A stretch of 64,000 nucleotides of DNA from assembly GCA_964016885.1 (NCBI GenBank), contig OZ024740.1:418500001-418564000 (forward strand), given 5' to 3'. The stretch comes from Eledone cirrhosa. Its lineage: Eukaryota. This document shows positions 41,563 through 55,019 of the stretch, one piece after another. The notes below the pieces were generated by a model. The model was not told the DNA's origin. It saw nothing but the letters and a program-made list of their open reading frames with translations, and did no database searches. The position numbers and the translations under genes were made by a program. Position 1 is the stretch's first letter. Each line of letters opens with the position of its first letter.

Positions 41563-44500
41563 GGGAGTGGTAGACTCTGCAACTGTGCCTACGTGGTGGG
41601 TGAAGAGAGTGGTAGACTCTACATCCCTGTGGAGGTGGTGGGTGAAGGGAGTGGTAGACTACATCCCTGTGGAGGTGGTGGGTGAAGGGAGTGGTAGACT
41701 ACATCCCTGTGGAGGTGGTGGGTGAAGGGAGTGGTAGACTACATCCCTGTGGAGGTGGTGGGTGAAGGGAGTGGTAGACTACATCCCTGTGGAGGTGGTG
41801 GGTGAAGGGAGTGGTAGACTACATCTCTGTGGAGGTGGTGGGTGAAGGGAGTGGTAGACTACATCTCTGTGGAGGTGGTGGGTGAAGGGAGTGGTAGATT
41901 CTACATCCCTGTGGAGGTGGTGGGTGAAGGGAGTGGTAGACTACATCCCTGTGGAGGTGGTGGGTGAAGGGAGTGGTAGACTACATCCCTGTGGAGGTGG
42001 TGGGTGAAGGGAGTGGTAGACTACATCCCTGTGGAGGTGGTGGGTGAAGGGAGTGGTAGACTACATCCCTGTGGAGGTGGTGGATGAAGGGAGTGGTAGA
42101 CTACATCTCTGTGGAGGTGGTGGGTGAAGGGAGTGGTAGACTACATACATGTGGAGGTGGTGGGTGAAGGGAGTGGTAGACTACATACATGTGGAGGTGG
42201 TGGGTGAAGGGAGTGGTAGACTACATCTCTGGAGGTGGTGGGTGAAGGGAGTGGTAGACTCTACATCTCTGTGGAGGTGGTGGGTGAAGGGAGTGGTAGA
42301 CTACATCTCTGTGGAGGTGGTAGGTGAAGGGAGTGGTAGACTACATCCCTGTGGAGGTGGTGGGTGAAGGGAGTGGTAGACTACATCCCTGTGGAGGTGG
42401 TGGGTGAAGGGAGTGGTAGACTACATCCCTGTGGAGGTGGTGGATGAAGGGAGTGGTAGACTACATCTCTGTGGAGGTGGTGGGTGAAGGGAGTGGTAGA
42501 CTACATACATGTGGAGGTGGTGGGTGAAGGGAGTGGTAGACTACATACATGTGGAGGTGGTGGGTGAAGGGAGTGGTAGACTACATCTCTGGAGGTGGTG
42601 GGTGAAGGGAGTGGTAGACTCTACATCTCTGTGGAGGTGGTGGGTGAAGGGAGTGGTAGACTACATCTCTGTGGAGGTGGTAGGTGAAGGGAGTGGTAGA
42701 CTACATCCCTGTGGAGGTGGTGGGTGAAGGGAGTGGTAGACTACATCTCTGTGGAGGTGGTGGGTGAAGGGAGTGGTAGACTACATCCCTGTGGAGGTGG
42801 TGGGTGAAGGGAGTGGTAGACTCTACATCTCTGTGGAGGTGGTGGGTGAAGGGAGTGGTAGACTACATCCCTGTGGAGGTGGTGGGTGAAGGGAGTGGTA
42901 GACTACATCTCTGTGGAGGTGGTGGGTGAAGGGAGTGGTAGACTCTACATCCCTGTGGAGGTGGTGGGTGAAGGGAGTGGTAGACTACATCTCTGTGGAG
43001 GTGGTGGGTGAAGGGAGTGGTAGACTACATCTCTGTGGAGGTGGTGGGTGAAGGGAGTGGTAGACTACATCTCTGTGGAGGTGGTGGGTGAAGGGAGTGG
43101 TAGACTACATCCCTGTGGAGGTGGTGGGTGAAGGGAGTGGTAGACTACACCCCTGTGGAGGTGGTGGGTGAAGAGAGTGGTAGACTACATCTCTGTGGAG
43201 GTGGTAGGTGAAGGGAGTGGTAGACTACATCCCTGTGGAGGTGGTGGGTGAAGGGAGTGGTAGACTACATCTCTGTGGAGGTGGTGGGTGAAGGGAGTGG
43301 TAGACTACATACATGTGGAGGTGGTGGGTGAAGGGAGTGGTAGACTCTACATCTCTGTGGAGGTGGTGGGTGAAGGGAGTGGTAGACTACATCCCTGTGG
43401 AGGTGGTGGGTGAAGAGAGTGGTAGACTCTACATCCCTGTGGAGGTGGTGGGTGAAGGGAGTGGTAGACTACATCTCTGTGGAGGTGGTGGGTGAAGGGA
43501 GTGGTAGACTACATCTCTGTGGAGGTGGTGGGTGAAGGGAGTGGTAGACTACATCTCTGTGGAGGTGGTGGGTGAAGGGAGTGGTAGACTACATCCCTGT
43601 GGAGGTGGTGGGTGAAGGGAGTGGTAGACTACATCTCTGTGGAGGTGGTGGGTGAAGGGAGTGGTAGACTACATCTCTGTGGAGGTGGTGGGTGAAGGGA
43701 GTGGTAGACTCTACATCTCTGTGGAGGTGGTGGGTGAAGGGAGTGGTAGACTACATCCCTGTGGAGGTGGTGGGTGAAGGGAGTGGTAGACTACATCCCT
43801 GTGGAGGTAGTGGGTGAAGAGAGTGGTAGACTACATCCCTGTGGAGGTGGTGGGTGAAGGGAGTGGTAGACTACATCCCTGTGGAGGTGGTGGGTGAAGA
43901 GAGTGGTAGACTACATCCCTGTGGAGGTGGTGGGTGAAGGGAGTGGTAGACTACATCCCTGTGGAGGTGGTGGGTGAAGGGAGTGGTAGACTACATCCCT
44001 GTGGAGGTGGTGGGTGAAGGGAGTGGTAGACTACATCCCTGTGGAGGTGGTGGGTGAAGGGAGTGGTAGACTACATCCCTGTAGAGGTGGTGGGTGAAGG
44101 GAGTGGTAGACTACATCCCTGTGGAGGTGGTGGGTGAAGGGAGTGGTAGACTCTACATCTGTGGAGGTGCTGGGTGAAGAGAGTGGTAGACTACATCTCT
44201 GTGGAGGTGGTGGGTGAAGGGAGTGGTAGACTCTACATCTCTGTGGAGGTGGTGGGTGAAGGGAGTGGTAGACACTACATCCCTGTGGAGGTGGTGGGTG
44301 AAGGGAGTGGTAGACTCTACATCTCTGTGGAGGTGGTGGGTGAAGGGAGTGGTAGACTACATCTCTGTGGAGGTGGTGGGTGAAGGGAGTGGTAGACTAC
44401 ATCCCTGTGGAGGTGGTGGTGGGTGAAGGGAGTGGTAGACTCTACATCTGTGGAGGTGGTGGGTGAAGGGAGTGGTAGACTCTACATCTCTGTGGAGGTG

Positions 44501-47500
44501 GTGGGTGAAGGGAGTGGTAGACTACTTCCCTGTGGAGATGGTGGGTGAAGGGAGTGGTAGACTACATCCCTGTGGAGGTGGTGGGTGAAGGGAGTGGTAG
44601 ACTCTACATCTCTGTGGAGGTGGTGGGTGAAGGGAGTGGTAGACTACATCCCTGTGGAGGTGGTGGGTGAAGGGAGTGGTAGACTCTACATCTCTGTGGA
44701 GGTGGTGGGTGAAGGGAGTGGTAGACTCTACATCTCTGTGGAGGTGGTGGGTGAAGGGAGTGGTAGACTCTACATCCCTGTGGAGGTGGTGGGTGAAGGG
44801 AGTGGTAGACTACATCCCTGTGGAGGTGGTGGGTGAAGAGAGTGGTAGACTACATCCCTGTGGAGGTAGTGGGTGAAGGGAGTGGTAGACTACATCCCTG
44901 TGGAGGTGGTGGGTGAAGGGAGTGGTAGACTACTTCCCTGTGGAGGTGGTGGGTGAAGGGAGTGGTAGACTACATCCCTGTGGAGGTGGTGGGTGAAGGG
45001 AGTGGTAGACTACATCCCTGTGGAGGTGGTGGGTGAAGGGGGTGGTAGACTCTACATCCCTGTGGAGGTAGTGGGTGAAGGGAGTGGTAGACTACATCCC
45101 TGTGGAGGTGGTGGTGGGTGAAGGGAGTGGTAGACTCTACATCTGTGGAGGTGGTGGGTGAAGGGAGTGGTAGACTCTACATCTTTGTGGAGGTGGTGGG
45201 TGAAGAGAGTGGTAGACTACATCCCTGTGGAGGTGGTGGGTGAAGGGAGTGGTAGACTACATCCCTGTGGAGGTGGTGGTGGGTGAAGGGAGTGGTAGAC
45301 TCTACATCTGTGGAGGTGGTGGGTGAAGGGAGTGGTAGACTACATCCCTGTGGAGGTGGTGGGTGAAGGGAGTGGTAGACTACATCCCTGTGGCGGTGGT
45401 GGGTGAAGGGAGTGGTAGACTTTACATCTCTGTGGAGGTGGTGGGTGAAGGGAGTGGTAGACTACATCCCTGTGGCGGTGGTGGGTGAAGGGAGTGGTAG
45501 ACTTTACATCTCTGTGGAGGTGGTGGGTGAAGGGAGTGGTAGACTACATCCCTGTGGCGGTGGTGGGTGAAGGGAGTGGTAGACTCTACATCTCTGTGGA
45601 GGTGGTAGGTGAAGGGAGTGGTAGACTACATCTCTGTGGAGGTGGTGGGTGAAGGGAGTGGTAGACTACATCTCTGTGGAGGTGGTGGGTGAAGGGAGTG
45701 GTAGACTACATCTCTGTGGAGGTGGTGGGTGAAGGGAGTGGTAGACTTTACATCTCTGTGGAGGTGGTGGGTGAAGGGAGTGGTAGACTTTACATCTCTG
45801 TGGAGGTGGTGGGTGAAGGGAGTGGTAGACTACATCTCTGTGGAGGTGGTGGGTGAAGGGAGTGGTAGACTACATCCCTGTGGAGGTGGTGGGTGAAGGG
45901 AGTGGTAGACTACATCCCTGTGGAGGTGGTGGTGGGTGAAGGGAGTGGTAGACTCTACATCTCTGTGGAGGTGGTGGGTGAAGGGAGTGGTAGACTTTAC
46001 ATCTCTGTGGAGGTGGTGGGTGAAGGGAGTGGTAGACTTTACATCTCTGTGGAGGTGGTGGGTGAAGGGAGTGGTAGACTACATCCCTGTGGAGGTGGTG
46101 GGTGAAGGGAGTGGTAGACTACATCCCTGTGGAGGTGGTGGTGGGTGAAGGGAGTGGTAGACTCTACATCTCTGTGGAGGTGGTGGGTGAAGGGAGTGGT
46201 AGACTACATCTCTGTGGAGGTGGTGGGTGAAGGGAGTGGTAGACTACATCTCTGTGGAGATGGTGGGTGAAGGGAGTGGTAGACTACATCTCTGTGGAGG
46301 TGGTGGGTGAAGGGAGTGGTAGACTTTACATCTCTGTGGAGGTGGTGGGTGAAGGGAGTGGTAGACTTTACATCTCTGTGGAGGTGGTGGGTGAATGGAG
46401 TGGTAGACTACATCCCTGTGGAGGTGGTGGGTGAAGGGAGTGGTAGACTCTACATCCCTGTGGAGGTAGTGGGTGAAGGGAGTGGTAGACTACATCCCTG
46501 TGGAGGTGGTGGTGGGTGAAGGGAGTGGTAGACTTTACATCTCTGTGGAGGTGGTGGGTGAAGGGAGTGGTAGACTACATCCCTGTGGAGGTGGTGGTGG
46601 GTGAAGGGAGTGGTAGACTCTACATCTGTGGAGGTGGTGGGTGAAGGGAGTGGTAGACTCTACATCTCTGTGGAGGTGGTGGGTGAAGGGAGTGGTAGAC
46701 TACTTCCCTGTGGAGGTGGTGGGTGAAGGGAGTGGTAGACTACATCCCTGTGGAGGTGGTGGGTGAAGGGAGTGGTAGACTCTACATCTCTGTGGAGGTG
46801 GTGGGTGAAGGGAGTGGTAGACTACATCCCTGTGGAGGTGGTGGGTGAAGGGAGTGGTAGACTCTACATCTCTGTGGAGGTGGTGGGTGAAGGGAGTGGT
46901 AGACTCTACATCCCTGTGGAGGTGGTGGGTGAAGGGAGTGGTAGACTACATCCCTGTGGAGGTGGTGGGTGAAGAGAGTGGTAGACTACATCCCTGTGGA
47001 GGTAGTGGGTGAAGGGAGTGGTAGACTACATCCCTGTGGAGGTGGTGGGTGAAGGGAGTGGTAGACTACTTCCCTGTGGAGGTGGTGGGTGAAGGGAGTG
47101 GTAGACTACATCCCTGTGGAGGTGGTGGGTGAAGGGAGTGGTAGACTACATCCCTGTGGAGGTGGTGGGTGAAGGGAGTGGTAGACTCTACATCCCTGTG
47201 GAGGTAGTGGGTGAAGGGAGTGGTAGACTACATCCCTGTGGAGGTGGTGGTGGGTGAATAGAGTGGTAGACTCTACATCTGTGGAGGTGGTGGGTGAAGG
47301 GAGTGGTAGACTCTACATCTTTGTGGAGGTGGTGGGTGAAGAGAGTGGTAGACTACATCCCTGTGGAGGTGGTGGGTGAAGGGAGTGGTAGACTACATCC
47401 CTGTGGAGGTGGTGGTGGGTGAAGGGAGTGGTAGACTCTACATCTGTGGAGGTGGTGGGTGAAGGGAGTGGTAGACTTTACATCTCTGTGGAGGTGGTGG

Positions 47501-49822
47501 GTGAAGGGAGTGGTAGACTACATCTCTGTGGAGGTGGTGGATGAAGGGAGTGGTAGACTACATCCCTGTGGCGGTGGTGGGTGAAGGGAGTGGTAGACTT
47601 TACATCTCTGTGGAGGTGGTGGGTGAAGGGAGTGGTAGACTACATCCCTGTGGAGGTGGTGGGTGAAGGGAGTGGTAGACTCTACATCTCTGTGGAGGTG
47701 GTAGGTGAAGGGAGTGGTAGACTACATCTCTGTGGAGGTGGTGGGTGAAGGGAGTGGTAGACTACATCTCTGTGGAGGTGGTGGGTGAAGGGAGTGGTAG
47801 ACTACATCTCTGTGGAGGTGGTGGGTGAAGGGAGTGGTAGACTACATCCCTGTGGAGGTGATGGGTGAAGGGAGTGGTAGACTTTACATCTGTGGAGGTG
47901 GTGGGTGAAGGGAGCGGTAGACTTTACATCTCTGTGGAGGTGGTGGGTGAAGGGAGTGGTAGACTACATCTCTGTGGAGGTGGTGGGTGAAGGGAGTGGT
48001 AGACTACATCCCTGTGGAGGTGGTGGGTGAAGGGAGTGGTAGACTACATCCCTGTGGAGGTGGTGGGTGAAGGGAGTGGTAGACTACATCTCTGTGGAGG
48101 TGGTGGGTGAAGGGAGTGGTAGACTACATCTCTGTGGAGGTGGTGGGTGAAGGGAGTGGTAGACTACATCCCTGTGGAGGTGGTGGGTGAAGGGAGTGGT
48201 AGACTACATCCCTGTGGAGGTGGTGGGTGAAGGGAGTGGTAGACTACATCCCTGTGGAGGTGGTGGGTGAAGGGAGTGGTAGACTACATCTCTGTGGAGG
48301 TGGTGGGTGAAGGGAGTGGTAGACTACATCTCTGTGGAGGTGGTGGATGAAGGGAGTGGTAGACTACACCCCTGTGGAGGTGGTGGGTGAAGGGAGTGGT
48401 AGACTACATCCCTGTGGCGGTGGTGGGTGAAGGGAGTGGTAGACTACATCCCTGTGGAGGTGGTGGGTGAAGGGAGTGGTAGACTCTACATCTCTGTGGA
48501 GGTGGTAGGTGAAGGGAGTGGTAGACTACATCTCTGTGGAGGTGGTGGGTGAAGGGAGTGGTAGACTACATCTCTGTGGAGGTGGTGGGTGAAGGGAGTG
48601 GTAGACTCTACATCTCTGTGGAGGTGGTAGGTGAAGAGAGTGGTAGACTACATCTCTGTGGAGGTGGTGGGTGAAGGGAGTGGTAGACTACATCTCTGTG
48701 GAGGTGGTGGGTGAAGGGAGTGGTAGACTACATCTCTGTGGAGGTGGTGGGTGAAGGGAGTGGTAGACTACACCCCTGTGGAGGTGGTGGGTGAAGGGAG
48801 TGGTAGACTACATCTCTGTGGAGGTGGTGGGTGAAGGGAGTGGTAGACTACATCCCTGTGGAGGTGGTGGGTGAAGGGAGTGGTAGACTACATCTCTGTG
48901 GAGGTGGTGGGTGAAGGGAGTGGTAGACTACACCCCTGTGGAGGTGGTGGGTGAAGGGAGTGGTAGACTACATCTGTGGAGGTGGTGGGTGAAGGGAGTG
49001 GTAGACTACATCCCTGTGGAGGTGGTGGGTGAAGGGAGTGGTAGACTCTACATCCCTGTGGAGGTAGTGGGTGACGGGAGTGGTAGACTACATCTCTGTG
49101 GAGGTGGTGGGTGAAGGGAGTGGTAGACTCTACATCCCTGTGGAGGTGGTGGGTGAAGGGAGTGGTAGACTCTACATCTCTGTGGAGGTGGTGGGTGAAG
49201 GGAGTGGTAGACTACATCCCTGTGGAGGTGGTGGGTGAAGGGAGTGGTAGACTTTACATCTCTGTGGAAATGGTGGGTGAAGGGAGTGGTAGACTACTTC
49301 CCTGTGGAGGTGGTGGGTGAAGGCAGTGGTAGACTACTTCCCTGTGGAGGTGATGGGTGAAGGGAGTGGTAGACTACATCCCTGTGGAGGTGGTGGGTGA
49401 AGAGAGTGGTAGACTACATCTCTGTGGAGGTGGTGGGTGAAGGGAGTGGTAGACTACATCTCTGTGGAGGTGGTGGGTGAAGGGAGTGGTACACTACATC
49501 CGTGGAGGTGGTGGGTGAAGGGAGTGGTACACTACATCCGTGGAGGTGGTGGGTGAAGGGAGTGGTACACTACATCCGTGGAGGTGGTGGGTGAAGGGAG
49601 TGGTACACTACATCCGTGGAGGTGGTGGGTGAAGGGCGTGGTAGACACTACATCCGTGGAGGTGGTGGGTGAAGGGAGTGGTAGACTACATCCCTGTGGA
49701 GGTGGTGGGTGAAGGGAGTGGTAGACTACATCCCCGTTTAGGTGGTGGGTGAAGGGAGTGGTAGACTACATCTCTGTGGAGGTGGTGGGTGATGGAAGGG
49801 GTAGACTCTACATCCCTGTGGT
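41563..49822. repeat. G-rich 40-bp satellite (variants 38-43 bp), about 205 copies
   Basis: Unit GGAGGTGGTGGGTGAAGGGAGTGGTAGACTACATC(C/T)CTGT. Confidence 0.98.
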
Positions 49823-50062
49823 ATATACTGAGCTATTAAATGCCTGACATTAACAGAATATGTTGTTGTTGGTGTTGTTCAACTCTGATCAAGCAGACCT
49901 ACAAAGATTAAGATAATTCGAGCTATGCTTTTGGTGTTAGGAAGGGCATCTAGCTGTAAAATATGCAGCCAAATTTACAATCCTCATTGGAGCAAGGTAC
50001 AGCGTGGCCAAATCTGGCCATCTAACCCATGCAAACATGGAAAAATGGACACTAAACGTTAA

Positions 50063-50116
<54 letters not shown>

Positions 50117-50704
50117 GAAATTAATGAAATGATATATATATGTTTTTTCATGATTAGTGTAATATGGACTAACATTATCCAATATAGCCTATTCTAGCAG
50201 GTCGAGTGACCATGTAGAGGCTTCCCCTTTAACTTGTATCCTTTAATATATTCTGACTGGGGTGTAGAGTCTGTCACTCACACCCCCTTTCCTTTACCTT
50301 TTTTTTTGTTGTTTAATTTTGTTTTTCTTTTTCATTTCCTTATTGCCATTTTATTTTGTAGAGAAGAAACAGTAATATTTTATGTTAAAAATATATTTCT
50401 AGGATAAAATTACATAAAAATAATAATGGAAAGGACTATAACTGTTATGAGAGGAAAAGGAGGGATGGGCAAGGATTACTAGGCAACGAAAGGGAGAAGG
50501 TGACAGACTCTATACCTAAGTCAGAGTAGTGTTTTGGCTGAGCTATGCAGATAAAATGGCAAAGGCATTTCCAGAGAGTTTTTATCACAATTTCTCTTTA
50601 AATTTTATATTCTTCATTTAAATGGTCAGCAGTTAAAACCAACAATCATAATATATTCTACAGGGCTGTAGACAAACAGAACTTGCCTATATGATTCTCA
50701 TACC

Positions 50705-51160
50705 GAGGTTAACTTTGCCTTTCATCCTTACAAGGTCGATAAAATAAAGTACCAGTAATGTACTGGTTAATTGCTGGCCTTGTGCCAAAAGTAGAAACAA
50801 TTATCATTTAACAACCGCTTTCTCTGCTAGCAAGGGTTGGACGGGTCAGTACTGAAGTGGGGCTACTGACTTCCCTGACAGGCCAAGGAGGTATGTATGG
50901 TCATTATCAAGTACAGAGAAGTTGTTCTTTTCAGCTGGTTATGCTTCACGTTGCAAATCACAATGGTTTCTGATTTAGGCATAAAGCCTACAATTTTTGT
51001 GGAGGGGGAAAAGTTGATTAAATTAACTCCAGTGCATTACTGGTACTTTATTTCATCGACCATGTGAGGATGAAAGGCAAAGCTAACCTTGGCTGGATTT
51101 GAACTCAGAGCATAAAGGGTGATAACTAAATTCTAACAACTCTGCCAATCTGCTGCCACA
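50705..51160. mobile_element. Inverted pair of SINE family 2 fragments (50705-50805 plus, about 50965-51160 minus) with a LINE/SINE tail between
   Basis: CTTTGCCTTTCATCCTTACAAGGTCGATAAAATAAAGTACCAGTAATG and its complement CATTACTGGTACTTTATTTCATCGACC...GGATGAAAGGCAAAG. Confidence 0.75.
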
Positions 51161-51501
51161 CATTGCAAACTATAATGACTACATAGACAAGGTGTGTTTC
51201 TTTTGGTAATACCCGAGATTGAGATATTGTTTTACCAGATTAGAAGAAACTTCTGCTAATTATATCAGTCTCATTTCAGAAAGTATCATCTCCTAGACAT
51301 AGTACAAGGAGGAACCATATCTCTTAAGTGGAAGCTGGCAGAAGGAATGGTATGTAGTGAGGGATTTAGAGGGTATGTCAGCAGGCGCCTGGTTACAGGG
51401 CAAATCAGGAAGTATAAAAAACAGTTATCAAAACTCTTTGAAGATAGCCACTCTATTAATGGAATTACAAAGGCATTATATATATATGTATATATGTGTG
51501 T

Positions 51502-51714
51502 ATAGGAAAAGAGTCAGGACCCTGACGGCTGAGCTCCGGCCGTTTCGACAGCTAGGTCTGAACTACCACATTAGTCCAGAAATAGCTGTCGAAACGGCTG
51601 GAGCTCAGCCGTCGGGATCCTGACTCTTTTCTTATTACCCACTCTACTACCCTAAGTACCAAGTACTGTGGTGTGTTATGGTCCACCTGGCTCCTTACCA
51701 CACTTTCTTCATTA
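51502..51714. mobile_element. Fold-back element: 53-bp inverted arms, 28-nt spacer and one-sided extension, between TA runs
   Basis: 51502-51554 pairs with 51583-51635; related copies at about 60657-60752 and 61745-61875. Confidence 0.8.
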
Positions 51715-51743
51715 TATATATATATATATATATATGCAAATAT

Positions 51744-51819
<76 letters not shown>

Positions 51820-51937
51820 CAATGATGATATATGTTTTCGTCTGGTCTAAAATTCTTTCTTTTCACATCTTCCTAGTTCTTTTCTCACTCAAACACCCTC
51901 TTGCCTTGCTCTCTTTCGTTCCCTATTATATCAAGCA

Positions 51938-52815
51938 CTAGCAGTGGTACCCGGTGTTGCACGGGATAAGGTATTTTTGAACGCGGGCCGCCAGCAGACC
52001 TAATCGTGAAAAAACTGCATGCATGGACAATATGTAAAGAAAATAAACCGAATACTCTGATGGCTGGATAATCTTCAAGATTTTCCTCGATGAAGCAGGA
52101 AAAATGCAGGTTTTCACCTACTGCGGGCCCTAGGGGACCAAGAAAGTAATTTTTTTTTATGTGCATAATATGCCTTGAAATTTCGGGAAAATCGGCTAGA
52201 CGTAACGCCTCCAAAAAGCCCTATAAAGCTGAAAAAAATAAAGTTTTTCACCTAATGCGGGCCCTAGGCCATAAAAAAGTTGGATTCTCTTTGCTCACGG
52301 TATGAAGAAGAGACTGACTAATATATAGTTACAATTTCAAGGAAATCGGTCTGATATAACGCCTAAAAAAAACCTAAAAAGCTTAAAAACGCAGTCTTTT
52401 TACCTAATGCGGGCTCTAGGAGATCAAAAAGTTGAATTGTTTTATGTGCATAACACTCCCTGAAACATAAGACACATGTAAAGTTTAAAAAACATCGGTT
52501 GGGTACTTCTCGAGTTTTAGGAATTCAAACACACACACACCCTCAGGGAAGTGACGTAATGCAGACAGATATAAGAGCGCAACGTTATATGTATGTATCT
52601 ATCTAAAAAGAGAAAGACTGAGAATTATACAGAAGGATCGTTAAATCGCCTAATGCGGTTCCTAGGGCATTGAAATTTTTTTTTGCTCAGAGCACTCTCT
52701 GAAACAAGTATTATATGTGTAAAGTTTGAAAACAGTCAGTTGGGTGCTTCTCGAGTTTTAGGGATTCAAACACACACACACAGACAGACATTCTCAGTTT
52801 TATATATATAGAAGA
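51938..52815 (-). mobile_element. Non-autonomous Helitron
   Basis: Minus strand begins A|TCTTCTATATATATAAAACTGAGAATGTCTGTCTG and ends with hairpin CCCGTGCAACACCGGG then TACCACTGCTAG|T: 5' TC, 3' CTAG, subterminal hairpin, AT target; internal CCTAATGCGGGCCCTAGG repeats. Confidence 0.85.
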
Positions 52816-53039
52816 TTAAACTAATATCTTGCATTGTATAGTTAACCCGTGAATTTTCCTAGGTGTGTGTGTGTGTGTGTGTGCATGCGTGCAAAAGCAG
52901 TGGATTGGCATAAAGTTTGAGCATGGAACAAAATGTCCGACATTTAATTCCATTCATTTATATCTGGTTTAAATTCCACAGATGTCAAATTTGTCTTTCA
53001 TCTCAGGTTGACCAATACCTTACACACACATACACACAC

Positions 53040-53437
53040 ATCATCACCGTTTTACGTCCGTTCTTCCACGCTAGCATGGGTTAGACGGGTTGTCCTGTTG
53101 TGGGCAGTGTCCAGTCGGCTGACCTTGTCTTGCTCATACAGGAACTGATTCTGGCTTGATTTCTACAGCTGGATGCCCTTCCTAACACCAACCTCATTTA
53201 CAGTGAGTGCGAGGTGCTTTTTTTTCCCGTGGCGCCTACACGTCCACTTTACAGTGTGGGCTGGGTGCTTTTTTGCCGTGGCACCGCCACAACCATTTCT
53301 GCAGCTGAGTAAACTGCAGCAATGTGAAATAAAGTGTCTTGCTCAAGGAAACAACACATCACCCGGCCCGAGAGTTGAACTCACAACCTTTCGATTGCAA
53401 GCCCAATGCTCTAACCACTAAGCCATGCGCCTTCACA
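53040..53437 (-). mobile_element. tRNA-derived CORE-like SINE, tail type B
   Basis: Near-identical to 13636-14012. Confidence 0.88.
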
Positions 53438-53834
53438 CATATATATACTGTGCGTCCCAGGTTTTAGAATACACTATATACCAGCATATTGTAAAAAACA
53501 GCTAAAAGAATGGCAAAACACTACCCCAAAAAGTTTCAGCCTGCCTATACCAGTCAGGAAGAATGGACATAAAAAAAAACGATGAAATATATATATATAT
53601 AATCGTTTTTTATGTCCGTTCTTACTGGCTGGTGTGTGTGTATATATATATATAATATATACCCGTCTAACCCATGCTAGCGTGGAAGAACGGACGTAAA
53701 CGGTGATGATGATGATACATATATATATAATACATTATAAAGAAAGAAGAGACATAAATAAAAAATATAAATACCCAATATTCCTCTACATTCTCTACAT
53801 ATTCGCATGTATCTGTGTATTTCTTTTTATTGTG

Positions 53835-53865
<31 letters not shown>

Positions 53866-53969
53866 ACACAATTATGTAATAACAAAATTATATATAGAAT
53901 TATGTAAACATAACATATCTTAGCGTTATTTCACACACACACACGTGTGTGTATATATACACACACATA

Positions 53970-54158
53970 TTAATTGTTTCTACTTTAGGCACAAGGCCAG
54001 CAATTACCCAGTTCATTACTGGTACTTTATTTTATCGACCCCGTAAGGATGAAAGGCAAAGTCAACCTCGGCGGGATTTGAACTCAGATCGTAAAGGGAC
54101 GTAACTATGCTGGAAAGCATGGCGTCCGACCCTCTACCGATACTGCCAATCCACCGCC
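53970..54158 (-). mobile_element. Full-length SINE family 2 (MetaSINE-like central domain)
   Basis: Minus: GGCGGTGGATTGGCAGTATCGG (A box), GAGTTCAAATCCC (B box), GGTTGACTTTGCCTTTCATCCTTACGGGGTCGATAAAATAAAGTACCAG; the family label is from recall. Confidence 0.8.
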
Positions 54159-55019
54159 CATATTAATGGTAATTAACTAGTGTTTTGTAAAAGACAAAGA
54201 AAGGAGAAAGAAAACAGGATTAGAGATGCAGAAGAACCTATGTTGATACTCTGATAGTCTATCTAAAGGAAAATAGGGAGAGGGTTGTAAAATGATAACT
54301 TTTTACAAGCCAATCTAAATCATGCCAGTATGAATAAATAAAACAAAATCTAATGTAACACAAACTTAATATATCCCACCAACCAGCTGCTTACATACTT
54401 GGAAGGTCGCCAGTTTGTTAAATGGGTTTTCTGAAGTTGGTTTTACATATGGAAAAGTTATTTCATTCACAGGTTTACACACTCATAATTCTCTGCACCA
54501 TTAACGATATTAGAAGAAGAAGGCCAGCGTCCATGGCCTTTGTAGGGTCTCCAAAACTAGTGTGGGAGGAACCACCATGACATAAGCTGCTATAGTTGAG
54601 CACAGTGTAATGGTATTAAACTGAACAACGAATTCGGAATAGATTGTCCAGGAACAGGTTGTCCTACAGGTAGAGGCATAACTAGAGTATGGCAAGCATG
54701 GCATGTGCCATAGGGGGAGGGAGGTCACTTGGACTTTATGGTTATCTGAAAGATAGGTGTTAAATGCTTAGACAGAGGGGCAATTTCACTGCTTGCCATA
54801 GGTGCTATTATTTTCTCTAGTTACGCCTCTCCCTACAAGTTTTTGTACAACTTCCACACATGGCTTTGGATCTATTAAGATGTTATATGAGAGATTCTAA
54901 AAGTAGCCCCCCGTCCCCCCGCGAACGGTGGCGCGGTAGAGAAAAAAGGGGCGTTGGGAGGAAGGGAGTCACTGTCATTCCGCCCATGCAAGTAAATACT
55001 ATTATAGTATTGTATAAAT

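Noticed and set aside
42149-49320. WRWWVKGVVD / VEVVGEGSG repeat ORFs
   Set aside because: Translations of the 40-bp satellite
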